The notes: a model not told the origin generated them from the sequence alone. A DNA stretch of 64,000 nucleotides from Ancylobacter sp. (GCF_965229075.1 NZ_CBDDIO010000001.1:1104674-1168673); one strand, 5' to 3'. Positions 20,639 to 30,634 are shown, counted from the stretch's first letter. Numbers and translations: made by a program.

Positions 20639-21399
20639 CGTGGACCCGCCTCTTCGTCAGCGACTATTTCCCGCTGTTCGTGGCCTTCGTCGCCATCGTG
20701 CCGCTGCTGGCGGGATGGGCCTGCTACCGCGTCGCGATGCACCCGCGTCTCGTCGCGGTGTTCGTGCCGCGCGACCTGCAGACCTCCTATCTCGGCGCGC
20801 TCACCCTGCCTTTCGCGCTGTTCCTCGCCTTCATGGTCAGCGATATCTGGAACCGCGAAACGCTCTACGCCAAGACCGTGCTGCAGGAAGTGCAGAAGCT
20901 CGACGCCATGCTCGACGTCGCGCGCGTGTGCGGTCCGGTCTGCGCACCGATCGACGACGCGGTCGGCGTCTATGCCCGCGCGCTCGCGCGCTATGAATGG
21001 GACGAGGGGTGGGTGCGCCCGCAGGCGGAGGTGTCAGCCACCTTCGAGGCGCTGGTCGATGCCATCGGCCGGGCCGAGGCGGATTCCGCCATTCCAACCT
21101 ATATCCGCTCGGTGCTGCTGGCCGGCCAGATCGAGCTGCGCCGGCTGCGCACGGATCGCTACTTCATTCTGCATGCGGATCTGGCGCCGCATCGCTGGAT
21201 CGTGGTGATGGTGCTGGGCCTGCTGTCGCTGGTCGGGCTGGCGGCGCTGCATGTGGGCAAGCCCTACCAGCTCATCCTCGGCCTCTCGACCTTCGCCATC
21301 GCCTTCTCGATGACGCTCGCCTACACGGTGGTGCTGGCCTGGCCGACGGTGGACGAGAGCATCATTCCTTCCGAACAGCTGCGCCGGGTGCTGGAATAG
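20635..21399 (+). CDS. membrane protein, DUF4239-like (2+2 TM with a central soluble region)
   Basis: The in-frame GTG at 20635 overlaps the upstream TGA (GTGA). There are two N-terminal and two C-terminal hydrophobic helices flanking a helical soluble segment. The family assignment is from memory of that architecture only. Confidence 0.5.
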   Translation: MTWTRLFVSDYFPLFVAFVAIVPLLAGWACYRVAMHPRLVAVFVPRDLQTSYLGALTLPFALFLAFMVSDIWNRETLYAKTVLQEVQKLDAMLDVARVCGPVCAPIDDAVGVYARALARYEWDEGWVRPQAEVSATFEALVDAIGRAEADSAIPTYIRSVLLAGQIELRRLRTDRYFILHADLAPHRWIVVMVLGLLSLVGLAALHVGKPYQLILGLSTFAIAFSMTLAYTVVLAWPTVDESIIPSEQLRRVLE

Positions 21400-21426
21400 C
21401 GCCGCCCGGCGCCACGCGGGCGGGTC

Positions 21427-22809
21427 TCAGTACCCGACCGCCGTGCCGTGCAGGTCATAGGCGTCGGCGCGCTCGATCTTGACGGTGACGATCTCGCCGA
21501 CGCGCAGCGGACGGCGGGCGGCGACATGCACCACGCCGTCGATTTCCGGCGCGTCCGCCTTGGAGCGGCCGATGGCGACGGTGGGGCCGACGCTGTCGAT
21601 GATCACCTGCTGGCGGGTGCCGACCTTGCGCTTGAGGCGGCGGGCGCTGACGCGCTGCTGCACCTCCATGAAACGCTTCCAGCGCTCCTCCTTCACCTCG
21701 TCCGGCACCATCTCGGCGCCGAGCGCATTGGCCGGGGCGCCGTCCACCGGCTCATATTTGAAGCAGCCGACACGGTCGAGTTCCGCCTCTTCGAGGAAGG
21801 CGATGAGTTCCTCGAACTCCGCCTCGGTCTCGCCGGGGAAGCCGACGATGAAGGTGGAACGCAAAGTGAGGTCCGGGCAGGCGGCGCGCCAGGCCTGCAC
21901 GCGGGCGAGCGTCTTCTCATTGGAGGCCGGGCGCTTCATACGCTTGAGCACGGTGGGGGAGGCGTGCTGGAACGGGATGTCGAGATAGGGAAGGATCACG
22001 CCATCCGCCATCAGGCCGATCACCTCGTCGACATGGGGGTAGGGGTAGACATAGTGCATGCGCACCCAGGCGCCGAGGCCGCCAAGTTCGCGTGCGAGAT
22101 CGAAGAAGCGGGCGCGCACCTCGCGGTCCTTCCACTGGCTCGGCGCGTAGCGCAGATCGATGCCGTAAGCGGAGGTGTCCTGCGAGATGACGAGAAGTTC
22201 CTTCACCCCGGCATTCACCAGCCGTTCCGCCTCGCGCAGCACATCCGCCGCCGGCCGGCTGACGAGATCGCCGCGCAGCTTGGGGATGATGCAGAAGGTG
22301 CAGCGGTTGCTGCAGCCCTCGGAAATCTTGAGATAGGCGTAATGGCGCGGGGTGAGCTTGATGCCCTGCGGCGGCACCAGATCGACGAAGGGATCGTGCT
22401 GCGGCGGAACCGCCTGATGCACGGCGGCCAGCACGCTTTCATATTGCTGCGGGCCGGTGACGGCGAGCACGCCGGGATGCACGTCGCGAATCTGCTCGGG
22501 CTCGGCGCCCATGCAGCCGGTGACGATGACCTTGCCGTTCTCCTTCAGCGCGTCGCCGATGGCGGCGAGGCTTTCGGCCTTGGCGCTGTCGAGAAAGCCG
22601 CAGGTGTTGACGATGACGAGATCGGCGCCCTCGTGATGGCGCGACAGCTCATAGCCTTCCGAGCGCAGGCTGGTGATGATCCGTTCGCTGTCGACCAGCG
22701 CCTTCGGGCAGCCGAGCGAAACGAAGGAGATGCGCGGCGCCTCACCGCGCGCGGGGGAGAAGGCGTCGGAGGACGCGATGTCGGCCATGATCGTGGGGGT
22801 ACCCGGCAT
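21427..22809 (-). CDS. rimO: ribosomal protein S12 methylthiotransferase RimO
   Basis: It has the MTTase N-domain ([16 protein letters not shown]), the radical-SAM motif [11 protein letters not shown], and a C-terminal TRAM domain. The start is uncertain (ATG 22809 or 22788). Confidence 0.9.
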   Translation of the reverse strand: MPGTPTIMADIASSDAFSPARGEAPRISFVSLGCPKALVDSERIITSLRSEGYELSRHHEGADLVIVNTCGFLDSAKAESLAAIGDALKENGKVIVTGCMGAEPEQIRDVHPGVLAVTGPQQYESVLAAVHQAVPPQHDPFVDLVPPQGIKLTPRHYAYLKISEGCSNRCTFCIIPKLRGDLVSRPAADVLREAERLVNAGVKELLVISQDTSAYGIDLRYAPSQWKDREVRARFFDLARELGGLGAWVRMHYVYPYPHVDEVIGLMADGVILPYLDIPFQHASPTVLKRMKRPASNEKTLARVQAWRAACPDLTLRSTFIVGFPGETEAEFEELIAFLEEAELDRVGCFKYEPVDGAPANALGAEMVPDEVKEERWKRFMEVQQRVSARRLKRKVGTRQQVIIDSVGPTVAIGRSKADAPEIDGVVHVAARRPLRVGEIVTVKIERADAYDLHGTAVGY

Positions 22810-22913
22810 TTCAGGATCGCGAGGCGTTACGGCACGCCGCCCGATCCGTCAACTGCGCTGGGCGCGGCCCCGCCATGCCGAGCTCCCTCTCATCGGCGTC
22901 CCCGACGCGGCTC

Positions 22914-23243
22914 TCAGGCCGCCTGGTCTTCCACCGACTGGGCGAGCACGCTCTCAAACAGCTCGACCTCGGGATGGCCGAGATAAAGCGGCTTGTTGGC
23001 GCCGGCGCTGCCATGCGCCTTGCGGAAGGCTTCCGAGCGCGTCCACGCCTCGAAATCCGCCCGCGACGCCCATTCCGAATGGGAGGCGTAGAGGGTGTGG
23101 TCGTCCTTGGTGGGGCCGCGCAGCAGATGGAACGACTTGAAGCCCGGGACGGTGCGCAGATGGCTGTCGCGCTCGCGCCAGACTGTCTCGAAATCGGCTT
23201 CCGAGCCGAGCTTTACCTTGAATCGGTTCATTGCGAGGAACAT
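22914..23243 (-). CDS. antibiotic biosynthesis monooxygenase (ABM) domain protein
   Basis: 109 aa with a ferredoxin-like ABM pattern (MNRFKV...FETVW...VPGFKSFHLLRG...Y.SHSEW.SRADFEAW). AGGAGAG lies upstream of the ATG. Confidence 0.7.
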   Translation of the reverse strand: MFLAMNRFKVKLGSEADFETVWRERDSHLRTVPGFKSFHLLRGPTKDDHTLYASHSEWASRADFEAWTRSEAFRKAHGSAGANKPLYLGHPEVELFESVLAQSVEDQAA

Positions 23244-23330
23244 GGCGCTCTCCTGTGTTTGACCCGGCAGGGCACACTTAACCCAAGGTCGCGCCTAGGT
23301 CGATGCGGCGCGCGGCCCCGGAGACCGCGC

Positions 23331-23356
23331 AAAAAGAAGGGCGGCTCGCGCCGCCC
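23331..23356 (-). terminator. rho-independent terminator (minus strand)
   Basis: On the minus strand it reads GGGCGGC-gcga-GCCGCCC followed by TTCTTTTT. It lies just downstream of the 23392..23961 gene. Confidence 0.5.
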
Positions 23357-23391
23357 GCCAATATCCGGGAGAGACACATCCGGAACTGGGC

Positions 23392-23961
23392 TTACTTCAG
23401 CTTGTCGACATCGATGCCGAAGGTGACGGCGCCGATGGCCACGTCCTTGTCGGAAATGGTGACGCTGACCTGGGCGATCTTCTTGCCGTCCTCTTCCTCG
23501 ACCTTGTCGACGAAGATGGTGCCGGGCCCGACCGCATAGGTCTTCTGCCACTTCGCCTCATCGGCCTGCCAGAGGTCCGAGGTGCCGTCGGTCTGGCCCA
23601 CATTCAGACCGCGATTATCCATGACGAAGGCCTCGGTGATCACGCCACCGGAGGCATCCTTCTTCTGGATCAGGAATTCGGACAGCTTGTTCTTGCGAAC
23701 CGGATCGACCACCGCCGGGTCCTTGGCGACCCACGCCTTGTCGAGGGCGATGATGTCTTCCTGCATGAGGCGCTTATGCGCCTTGTTCGACTCGATGATG
23801 GCGGTGATGACCACCGGATCGTTGAGCCACGGGGTGATCTTCTCCTGCACATAGGCCGTCGCCGGCTTCACATGCGCCGCCTGTTCCTGCGCGAAGGCGG
23901 GGGCGACGGCGAAAAGGCTCGTCGCCGCGGCGAGGGCGGCGAAGGTGCTGCGGATCTTCAT
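23392..23961 (-). CDS. periplasmic protein, function unknown
   Basis: The ATG at 23961 gives MKIRSTFAALAAATSLFAVAPAFAQE, a signal peptide. It is a soluble ~165-aa mature domain and I recognised no motif. Confidence 0.6.
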   Translation of the reverse strand: MKIRSTFAALAAATSLFAVAPAFAQEQAAHVKPATAYVQEKITPWLNDPVVITAIIESNKAHKRLMQEDIIALDKAWVAKDPAVVDPVRKNKLSEFLIQKKDASGGVITEAFVMDNRGLNVGQTDGTSDLWQADEAKWQKTYAVGPGTIFVDKVEEEDGKKIAQVSVTISDKDVAIGAVTFGIDVDKLK

Positions 23962-24526
23962 TGGCGTTTCCTCCTCAGGACGGTCTTCTGCCGTCCATCC
24001 GCAGCGTAGCATGATGTATCGGCGGGCATGCAAGAGGTATTCGACGCTGCATGGCAGCATGAATAATGCCGTATATTCGCATAAGCGAAATATTTCAGGC
24101 ACGAATAGTATAATTTTTACTTATCCGGCCACAATGGCAACAGTTCGACCCCGCACGGCGCTGGAAAAACGCCGCGCAGCCTCGACAGAAGGTCGCGACA
24201 GCTGACCAAGGGGAACAAGCACGCTCGCGACGCTTTTCTATTGGCTCGCGCACCGCCGGTGCCCACGCACTAACCATGAGCCATCGTCTGGAATGCCGCA
24301 TTACATGTACGATGTTCGGTATTCTTCATGGGGGACATCACCATTTCACGCAAAAGTGTGAACGCCCTCGCGCCCTAATTCGCGCGATCCGCCATGGTCG
24401 TGCCCCGATACTTCTTGACTGCGTCATTTGGGTGCCAAGATCGTAAGCCTAGGATGTGCCTGCCCGTCGAGGGTCACGGCCCCACCTCCGACGGGTTTCA
24501 CAAAAGGCCGAAAACGGGAGGTTCAC

Positions 24527-24802
24527 ATGACCAACATTGTTGAAGGCCCCGCCTTTCGCCCCGACCCGCTGCACCTGCTCATCGGGCAGGAGGACCTGAC
24601 CGTCGCCTCGCTGGACGAGGCCATCGGATTCATCCGTTCGCTGCGTCACGACCGGCTCGGCCGTTTCGCGGAAATGCTGCTCACCCAGCTGGAATCGGCC
24701 CGCCTGCCGCAGCAGAAGAGCGACGCCTGGGTCGCCTTCGCCACTTGGACGCAGGCCTGCCAGCTGCGCAACGACGCGCACCACTGGAGCCGCGCCGCCT
24801 AG
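24527..24802 (+). CDS. small hypothetical protein (possibly DUF982-like)
   Basis: 91 aa, with the ATG at 24527 preceded by GGGAGG. It has a weak resemblance to rhizobial DUF982 proteins (LLIGQ...SLDEAIGFI...AWVAFATW). Confidence 0.4.
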   Translation: MTNIVEGPAFRPDPLHLLIGQEDLTVASLDEAIGFIRSLRHDRLGRFAEMLLTQLESARLPQQKSDAWVAFATWTQACQLRNDAHHWSRAA

Positions 24803-24899
24803 GCGGCGGTATCCCGTTGGCGCGCGGAAAGACATATGCACTTCCCGCGCGCGAGCATCCCGGCAAAGCGATGGCGGCGACCGCGCGCTTGGGGTAACG

Positions 24900-25703
24900 G
24901 TGGCGATGGGGGAAGAGCGATCCGTTAGTCGAGCAACCGATTTGAAGCCTGTCACTGCCACCGTCGCCGCGCTCGCCGTCGGCGCTGCCCTCATCGCCCC
25001 ACCGGCCGCGCTGGCCCAAACCAGCCGGCGGACCCAGGAACCGGAACCGGCCTCGCCTGCGGCGGCCTCTCCGCCTGTCGTCCTGCTTCTGGACGGTCTC
25101 GGGGTCTATGTCGAAAACGACTATATCGGCGTCTCCGCTCTGACCCGGCCGCTGGCCCGGCAGGGCTTCCAGACCCGCACCGATTCGCATCTGATGATGA
25201 AGTCCAAGGGCATGGTGCCCGATGTCATCATCGGCCATTCCATGGGCGGGGAGAGCGCCCTGCGCTACGCCAGCGAACTGGCGCGCGCCGGCTACAAGCC
25301 GCCTCTGGTCATCACCATCGACGCCGCGCCGGCCCCGCCGGCCTGCACCGTGCCGCGCTGCATCAACATTGCCGGCCCCGGCTTCGCCGATGTGCGCGGC
25401 GCCCGCAACATCAGCGCCTGGGACGCCGGTGCGCGCTTCGTCAACCACGCCCAGCTGCCGACCCACGCCGCCGTGCAGGAGCTGATCCTGCGGGAGACCG
25501 GCGCCTTCATGGCCGCGTGGAAGGCCGGCCAGCCCAAGGTCGCGCGCAGCGCCAAGCCGGCCGCGCGGCCGAGCGGGGCGGAAGCCGCCGCGTCGGCCGA
25601 GCCGGTTCCGCCGCCGGCCGCGCCGAAAATGTGGACCATGCCGGGATGGACCGTGCCCGATTGGGCGACGCCGAGCGGAACCGGCACCCGCCAAGGCGGC
25701 TGA
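24900..25703 (+). CDS. secreted alpha/beta-hydrolase-like protein
   Basis: It has an N-terminal signal-like segment, a GHSMGG nucleophile elbow and an Ala/Pro-rich C-terminal tail. The start is GTG 24900 or ATG 24906. Confidence 0.5.
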   Translation: MAMGEERSVSRATDLKPVTATVAALAVGAALIAPPAALAQTSRRTQEPEPASPAAASPPVVLLLDGLGVYVENDYIGVSALTRPLARQGFQTRTDSHLMMKSKGMVPDVIIGHSMGGESALRYASELARAGYKPPLVITIDAAPAPPACTVPRCINIAGPGFADVRGARNISAWDAGARFVNHAQLPTHAAVQELILRETGAFMAAWKAGQPKVARSAKPAARPSGAEAAASAEPVPPPAAPKMWTMPGWTVPDWATPSGTGTRQGG

Positions 25704-25732
25704 ACGGCGCCAGGGGCCGGGCAGGGCGCGCG

Positions 25733-26626
25733 TCAGCCCTTGCCGTAGCGCAGATGGTCGATCAGCGCCCGCAGCTTGGGCGCGAGATTGCGCCGGCTCG
25801 GATAGTAGAGATAGAACCCCGCAAAGGGCGGGCAATACGCCTCCAGCAACGGCACCAGCTCGCCGCCGGCGATGTACGGCCGGAAGGTCTCCTCCATACC
25901 GAAGGTGAGACCGCCCCCGGCCAAGGCGAGCTTGATCATCAGCGCCATGTCATTGGTGGTGATCTCCGGCGCCACCGCGACGGTGAAATCCCGGCCGTCT
26001 TCCGTGAACTCCCAGCGATAGGGCGCCCTCTGCGGCGCCGCCCGCCAGCCGATGCAGCGAAATCCGGCCAGCTCGCGCGGATGCGACGGCGCACCGGCGC
26101 GCGCGAGATAGGCCGGTGCGGCAACCACGATCTGCCGCTGTTCGGCGGAGACCGGCACGGCGATCATGTCCTGCTCGATCACCTCGCCGAGCCGCACGCC
26201 AGCGTCGAAGCCTTCGGCAACGATGTCGAACTCCTCATCCGTCACCGTCACATCGAGCTGCACCGCGGGATGGGCATCGGCGAAACCCGCCAGCAGCGGG
26301 CCGGCGAGAAAGCGCTCGGCGATGGAGGAGACGGCAAGGCGGAGCTGGCCGCGCGGCCCGGCCGCGTGATCGCCCGTGCTCTCGACCGCCGCCTCGATCT
26401 CCGCCAGCGCCGGGGCCAGCGCGGCATGCAGCCGCTCGCCGGCCTCGGTGAGGCTGACGCTGCGCGTGGTGCGGCGCACCAGAGCGAGCCCCATCGCCGC
26501 CTCCAGCCGGCTGATGGTCTGGCTCACCGCCGAGCGGGTGACGCCGAGACAGTCGGCGGCGGCACGGAAGCTGCGCTGCTGCGCCACCAGCGTGAACACG
26601 GCGAGGGCGTTGAGATCGGTCGGCAT
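25733..26626 (-). CDS. LysR family transcriptional regulator
   Basis: It has an N-terminal HTH (FRAAADCLGVTRSAVSQTISRLE) and a LysR substrate-binding domain. It is divergent from the SDR gene. Confidence 0.85.
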   Translation of the reverse strand: MPTDLNALAVFTLVAQQRSFRAAADCLGVTRSAVSQTISRLEAAMGLALVRRTTRSVSLTEAGERLHAALAPALAEIEAAVESTGDHAAGPRGQLRLAVSSIAERFLAGPLLAGFADAHPAVQLDVTVTDEEFDIVAEGFDAGVRLGEVIEQDMIAVPVSAEQRQIVVAAPAYLARAGAPSHPRELAGFRCIGWRAAPQRAPYRWEFTEDGRDFTVAVAPEITTNDMALMIKLALAGGGLTFGMEETFRPYIAGGELVPLLEAYCPPFAGFYLYYPSRRNLAPKLRALIDHLRYGKG

Positions 26627-26730
26627 TGGTAAGCTGCGCTTTCCTCTGTGTCGCCCGATGGGCGGCTACTGGCGACAATGCCTTCTCGCTACCTTCCTGC
26701 CAACGCCAAACGCACGGAAGGAACAGCAAC

Positions 26731-27474
26731 ATGGCTTTGGAAAAAACGACTTTCGACAAGGTGGTCCTGATCACCGGCGCCTCCAGCGGCATCGGTGCCG
26801 GCATCGCCCGCGAGCTCGGCCGCGCCGGCGCCCACCTCGCGCTGGGCGCGCGCCGCACCGATCGCCTCGACGCGCTGGCGGAAGAGATCGCCGCGGCGAC
26901 CGGCACTGAGGTGATGACCCGCCGGCTCGACGTGACCGACCGCGCCGATGTCGCCGCCTTCGCCGAGGCCGCGCGGGCGCGCTTCGGCAAGATCGATGTG
27001 CTGATCAACAATGCCGGCATCATGCCGCTCTCGCTCATGGCCTCGCTGAAGGTGGAGGAGTGGGACCGCATGATCGACGTCAACATCAAGGGCGTGCTCA
27101 ACGGTATCGCTGCCGTGCTGCCGGAGATGACGGCGCGCGGCGCCGGCCACATCGTCAACATCGCCTCCATCGGCGCGCTGTCGGTGGTGCCGACGGCGGC
27201 GGTCTATTGCGCCACCAAATTCGCCGTCCGCGCGATTTCGGAGGGGCTGCGGCAGGAGAACCGCCAGTTGCGCGTCACCTGCATCCATCCCGGCGTGGTG
27301 GAGAGCGAACTCGCCGACACCATCACCGACCCGGTCGCCGCCGAGGCGATGAAGAGCTATCGCGCCATCGCCCTGACGCCCGACGCCATCGGCCGCGCGG
27401 TGCGCTTCGCCCTCGAACAGCCCGCCGATGTCGATGTGAGCGAGATCGTCATCCGCCCCACCGCCAGCACGTGA
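26731..27474 (+). CDS. SDR family oxidoreductase
   Basis: It has TGASSGIG, NNAG and the YCATK (YxxxK) catalytic motif. The ATG at 26731 is preceded by GGAAGGAA. Confidence 0.85.
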   Translation: MALEKTTFDKVVLITGASSGIGAGIARELGRAGAHLALGARRTDRLDALAEEIAAATGTEVMTRRLDVTDRADVAAFAEAARARFGKIDVLINNAGIMPLSLMASLKVEEWDRMIDVNIKGVLNGIAAVLPEMTARGAGHIVNIASIGALSVVPTAAVYCATKFAVRAISEGLRQENRQLRVTCIHPGVVESELADTITDPVAAEAMKSYRAIALTPDAIGRAVRFALEQPADVDVSEIVIRPTAST

Positions 27475-27483
27475 GGGGCGGGC

Positions 27484-27858
27484 ATGTCCGACACCGTTCG
27501 TTTCCTGACACGCCGCGCCGCCGTGAGTGCGGCGCTCCTCCTCACCCTCGCCGGAGCCTTTCCTGCCATGACCCAACCCGCGCCCACACCGCCCACCGTC
27601 CGCCACACCGCACCCGACCGAGATCACCCCTATGTCGGGCTGTGGGTCACCGCCGATCGCTATGTCAGGCACGAATTGCTGCCCAATGGCCGCTATGACG
27701 AAGCGCGGGGTCAGCGCGAGAGCGCCTATCGCGGCCGCTACGAGGTGCGGGGGACGCAGATCGATTATTGGGACGACACCGGCTTCACCGCCGACGGCGT
27801 CTTCGTCGATGAGAACACGCTGCACCATGGCGGCATGGTGTTCCGCCGGGTGAGGTGA
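27484..27858 (+). CDS. small secreted protein, Atu4866-like (tentative)
   Basis: It has a Tat/Sec-like leader (RRAAVSAALLLTLAGAFPAMT) and a beta-rich C-terminal domain (YVGLWVT...G.Y...RG.Y.V.G..I.YWDD.GF). The family call is from memory only. Confidence 0.45.
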   Translation: MSDTVRFLTRRAAVSAALLLTLAGAFPAMTQPAPTPPTVRHTAPDRDHPYVGLWVTADRYVRHELLPNGRYDEARGQRESAYRGRYEVRGTQIDYWDDTGFTADGVFVDENTLHHGGMVFRRVR

Positions 27859-28138
27859 ACCCCGCGGACCTTGCCGCAACTTCTATCCGACGGTGAGTTC
27901 GTTGGGGCGGATGGATGTGCCCTTCGGACGAGCGAAGCGGCGGGGGCAGGCGCGGCGGCGCGCCCGCCACACCGCCCGCCATGCCGATCTGCCGGGGGAA
28001 CAGCTTGACGAGCAGGCACCGGCTGGGGCATGGCTCGCCGGCGATCACGACCGGCATGCCGGGCACCCGATCCCGACGCCTGACGGGCGGCGTGCCTGGC
28101 GGGGTGTCTACTGGCGTGTCTGTCTCTGGCGAAGCTGC

Positions 28139-28202
28139 GTCATCGGGACGGACGGAGCGCGGTGCCGATCCGGCGCCAGGTTCGGAACGGATCGCCGATG
28201 AT
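28139..28202. repeat. degenerate nested inverted-repeat element (same style as 6125..6220)
   Basis: Outer inverted repeat TCATCGG (28140-28146) / CCGATGA (28195-28201). Inner inverted repeat CGATCCG (28166-28172) / CGGATCG (28188-28194). It lies immediately upstream of tRNA-Ser. Confidence 0.3.
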
Positions 28203-28225
28203 GTCTGCCGCAACGGCCGATGTCG

Positions 28226-29923
28226 TCACGGGGAAGGGTGGCCGAGTGGTTTAAGGCAGCGGTCTTGAAAACCGCCGTGGGTGCAAGCCCACCGTGGGTT
28301 CGAATCCCACCCCTTCCGCCATTTCAGTCCCAAACTGGGCACGCCAAGCGTAGCCGATTTCCCTCCTGAGACGGCAGCCAGCGTTCGGAGCAGGTCTCCC
28401 TTTGATCCGATGATGCGGACTTCCTTGGCTCCGACTTCCACGCGCTGAGCCAAGGCGCGCAAATGGTCGCGCCGGTAGCCGCCGCCTTCGATGCGCATGC
28501 GCTTGCGAGCGATGTCGGCGAAACGCGCCACCATGGCCGGCGTGACGGCATCTTCGCCTGAGGTGGCAAGCGAGGTCTGCGCTCGGGCAGCATCGGCCTG
28601 TGCGTGATCGCGGATCGCCTTGAGCCCGTCGATCCGCTCTTTCAGCGCCGGATCGGTGATGTCTGCCACGCCTGATTCGATGGCGTCATACAGCCGGCGC
28701 AGCCGCTGATCGGCTTCGCTAGCGCGCTTGGTGAGTTCAGCAATGTGCTCGCGGCGGCGCTCAAGACGCTCCTGACGGTGGTCGAGCATGGAAGCGAGGA
28801 TCTCCTGCAGCCGCTCGGGCTGAAGAAGCCGCTGCTCGATGTGGCTCGCCACCAGCGTGTCGAGCGTCTCCATCGGTATGGCGCGGCCGGCACAGCCGGT
28901 CTCGCCCTGCCGCGCCTTAATCGAGCAGGCATAGTAGCGGTAGCGCCCGCTCTTACCGGTGCGGATGGTCATGGCCCCGCCGCACTGCGCGCAATAGCAG
29001 ATGCCGGTGAGCAGCGTCGGGCCACTCACCACCCGCGGCGGGACGATTTTGGGGTTGCGCGCCTGAAGCTGCTCCTGCACGGCGTCGAAGACCTTGGTGT
29101 CGATGAGCGGCGGCACGGCGACCACCACCACCTCGCTCTCGGGCTTCTTCTGCTTGGTTTTGGAGCGGCTGTTGAACTGATGCTCGCCCATATAGGTGCG
29201 GCGGGTCAGCACCCGGTGAAGCTGCCCGATACCCCAACGCCCGCCCTCGCGGGTGTAGATCCGGTTGCGGTTGAGATGACTGACGATGGCCTTCACGCCC
29301 ATCGGACCGGAGCGGCCATCGCCATTGAGGGCGAGATCGAAGATGAGCCGCACCGTGTCGGCGTGAAGCGGATCGATCTCCAGCTTCTTCTTCACCTTGG
29401 CACCGCGTTGCTCGGCTTCAACGACGCGATAGCCGATCGGCGGACGGGCGCCATTCCAGAAGCCTTGCCTGGCATTCTCTTTCTGCGCCCGCAGGACGTG
29501 CTTGGCGTTCTCCTTCGACTGGTACTCGTCGAACAGCGCCATGATCTGACGCATCATGACGTGCATCGGGTCGTCGCCCATCTCCTGGGTGATCGACACC
29601 AGCCGCACGCCATTGCGGGCGAGCTTCCTGACATAGAACTCAAGCTCAAAGTGATCGCGGAAGAAGCGCGAGAAGCTGTGCACCACCACGACATCGAAGG
29701 GCGCCGGCTTCAGCGTGCCAGCTTCGATCATCCGCTGGAATTCGGGCCGACGATCATTGGTCGCCGAGGCGCCCGGTTCGACATAAGTTTCGACCAGTTG
29801 ATAGCCGCGAGCTTGGCAGTACGCCTCGCCCTGCCGGCGCTGATCGGGAATTGAGACATCGTGCTCGGCTTGCCGGGCTGTGGAGACGCGCAGATACAAA
29901 GCGGCACGCAGCGGAGCGGTCAT
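28226..29923 (-). CDS. large serine recombinase (resolvase/invertase catalytic domain + recombinase + zinc-ribbon + coiled coil)
   Basis: It has the catalytic-Ser motif AALYLRVSTARQ, a recombinase domain, the zinc-ribbon CYCAQCGGAM...YYACS and a coiled-coil C-terminus. The ORF has no stop until it has run antisense across the whole tRNA-Ser gene. Confidence 0.9.
   Translation of the reverse strand: MTAPLRAALYLRVSTARQAEHDVSIPDQRRQGEAYCQARGYQLVETYVEPGASATNDRRPEFQRMIEAGTLKPAPFDVVVVHSFSRFFRDHFELEFYVRKLARNGVRLVSITQEMGDDPMHVMMRQIMALFDEYQSKENAKHVLRAQKENARQGFWNGARPPIGYRVVEAEQRGAKVKKKLEIDPLHADTVRLIFDLALNGDGRSGPMGVKAIVSHLNRNRIYTREGGRWGIGQLHRVLTRRTYMGEHQFNSRSKTKQKKPESEVVVVAVPPLIDTKVFDAVQEQLQARNPKIVPPRVVSGPTLLTGICYCAQCGGAMTIRTGKSGRYRYYACSIKARQGETGCAGRAIPMETLDTLVASHIEQRLLQPERLQEILASMLDHRQERLERRREHIAELTKRASEADQRLRRLYDAIESGVADITDPALKERIDGLKAIRDHAQADAARAQTSLATSGEDAVTPAMVARFADIARKRMRIEGGGYRRDHLRALAQRVEVGAKEVRIIGSKGDLLRTLAAVSGGKSATLGVPSLGLKWRKGWDSNPRWACTHGGFQDRCLKPLGHPSP
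28232..28321 (+). tRNA. tRNA-Ser (anticodon UGA)
   Basis: 90-nt cloverleaf. Acceptor GGAAGGG/CCCTTCC; D-arm GCCGAGTGGTTTAAGGC; anticodon stem GCGGT/ACCGC with loop CTTGAAA (anticodon TGA). It has a long type-II variable arm, T-arm GTGGG-TTCGAAT-CCCAC, and an encoded CCA. Confidence 0.9.
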
Positions 29924-29947
29924 GGCGAAGCCTTTCGTGTCAGGCGG

Positions 29948-30229
29948 TCATTCCCCTTGGATCAACTCCTCCAGAATATCCCCGAACCACGCCTCGAAGA
30001 CAGCAATCTCCGCCTCTGTCACCGGAATGTATTCCGGCCAGTCGTCGGTGATGGTCAGGGGGGCGGAGGCTGGGGGCGACCGTGTCCGGCGGCGGGGCGG
30101 CGGCGTCTCCGCGTAGGTGTAGAGATTGTCGGGCAAGCGGCCGGTCGGGAGGCGGCGCGTGGAGTCGAAAGTGGGTGGACGCTCGTATCTGGTCATCCCA
30201 TAGATTGCGATGACAAGGGGCAAGGCCAC
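29948..30229 (-). CDS. small hypothetical protein upstream of the recombinase
   Basis: 93-aa ORF (or 82 aa from ATG 30196) on the same strand, 25 nt upstream of the recombinase. It has no clear RBS and no recognised motif. Confidence 0.3.
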   Translation of the reverse strand: MALPLVIAIYGMTRYERPPTFDSTRRLPTGRLPDNLYTYAETPPPRRRTRSPPASAPLTITDDWPEYIPVTEAEIAVFEAWFGDILEELIQGE

Positions 30230-30508
30230 ATAACCGCTCTGTATCCGGCGATACGCAGCGCTTCTAAGGCCTCTATGGAAGGCCCGAGATATTGCCCTTA
30301 CACTGCGAGGTTAAGAGTCTTGGGAGCCCTGATGGCACTTGAGGAGGCAGGACGTAGGGACTTTCGCTAACGGTCCGAGACCGATCGAACGGTGGTAATG
30401 CTGCCTTAGACAGTCTCTGAAGGGCTGCGTGATTAAGACTTCCGCTCCCCCCGTCATTTCGCCGCACTCGCCGGTGCGGTACCAAAATAGCGCGGCCCTA
30501 GCGGCGCA

Positions 30509-30537
30509 TTGAAACACCTAAGTGCAATAGCTAAATC
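30509..30537 (+). promoter_or_regulatory. candidate sigma70-type promoter for the nuclease-NTPase gene
   Basis: TTGAAA (30509-30514), a 17-nt spacer, then TAAATC (30532-30537), about 100 nt upstream of ATG 30635. Called by eye only. Confidence 0.3.
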
Positions 30538-30634
30538 ACTATCGTACCCAATCTTTTCCATCCTGGGTACGATTGACATTGCACCCCAATGGCCAGCATT
30601 TTTGCCCTACGTTTGTTTGGGGGTGATATCTGGA

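Noticed and set aside
24103-24526. TATAAT hexamer (about 24109) and other promoter-like words in the 420-nt AT-richer intergenic region, considered as an sRNA promoter
   Set aside because: There is no acceptable -35 at 16-18 nt spacing and no terminator-like hairpin downstream. It cannot be supported from sequence alone.
30509-30634. 42-codon N-terminal extension of the nuclease-NTPase ORF
   Set aside because: The stretch contains the best promoter-like hexamers and has no RBS. The nuclease-domain homology pattern begins after ATG 30635.
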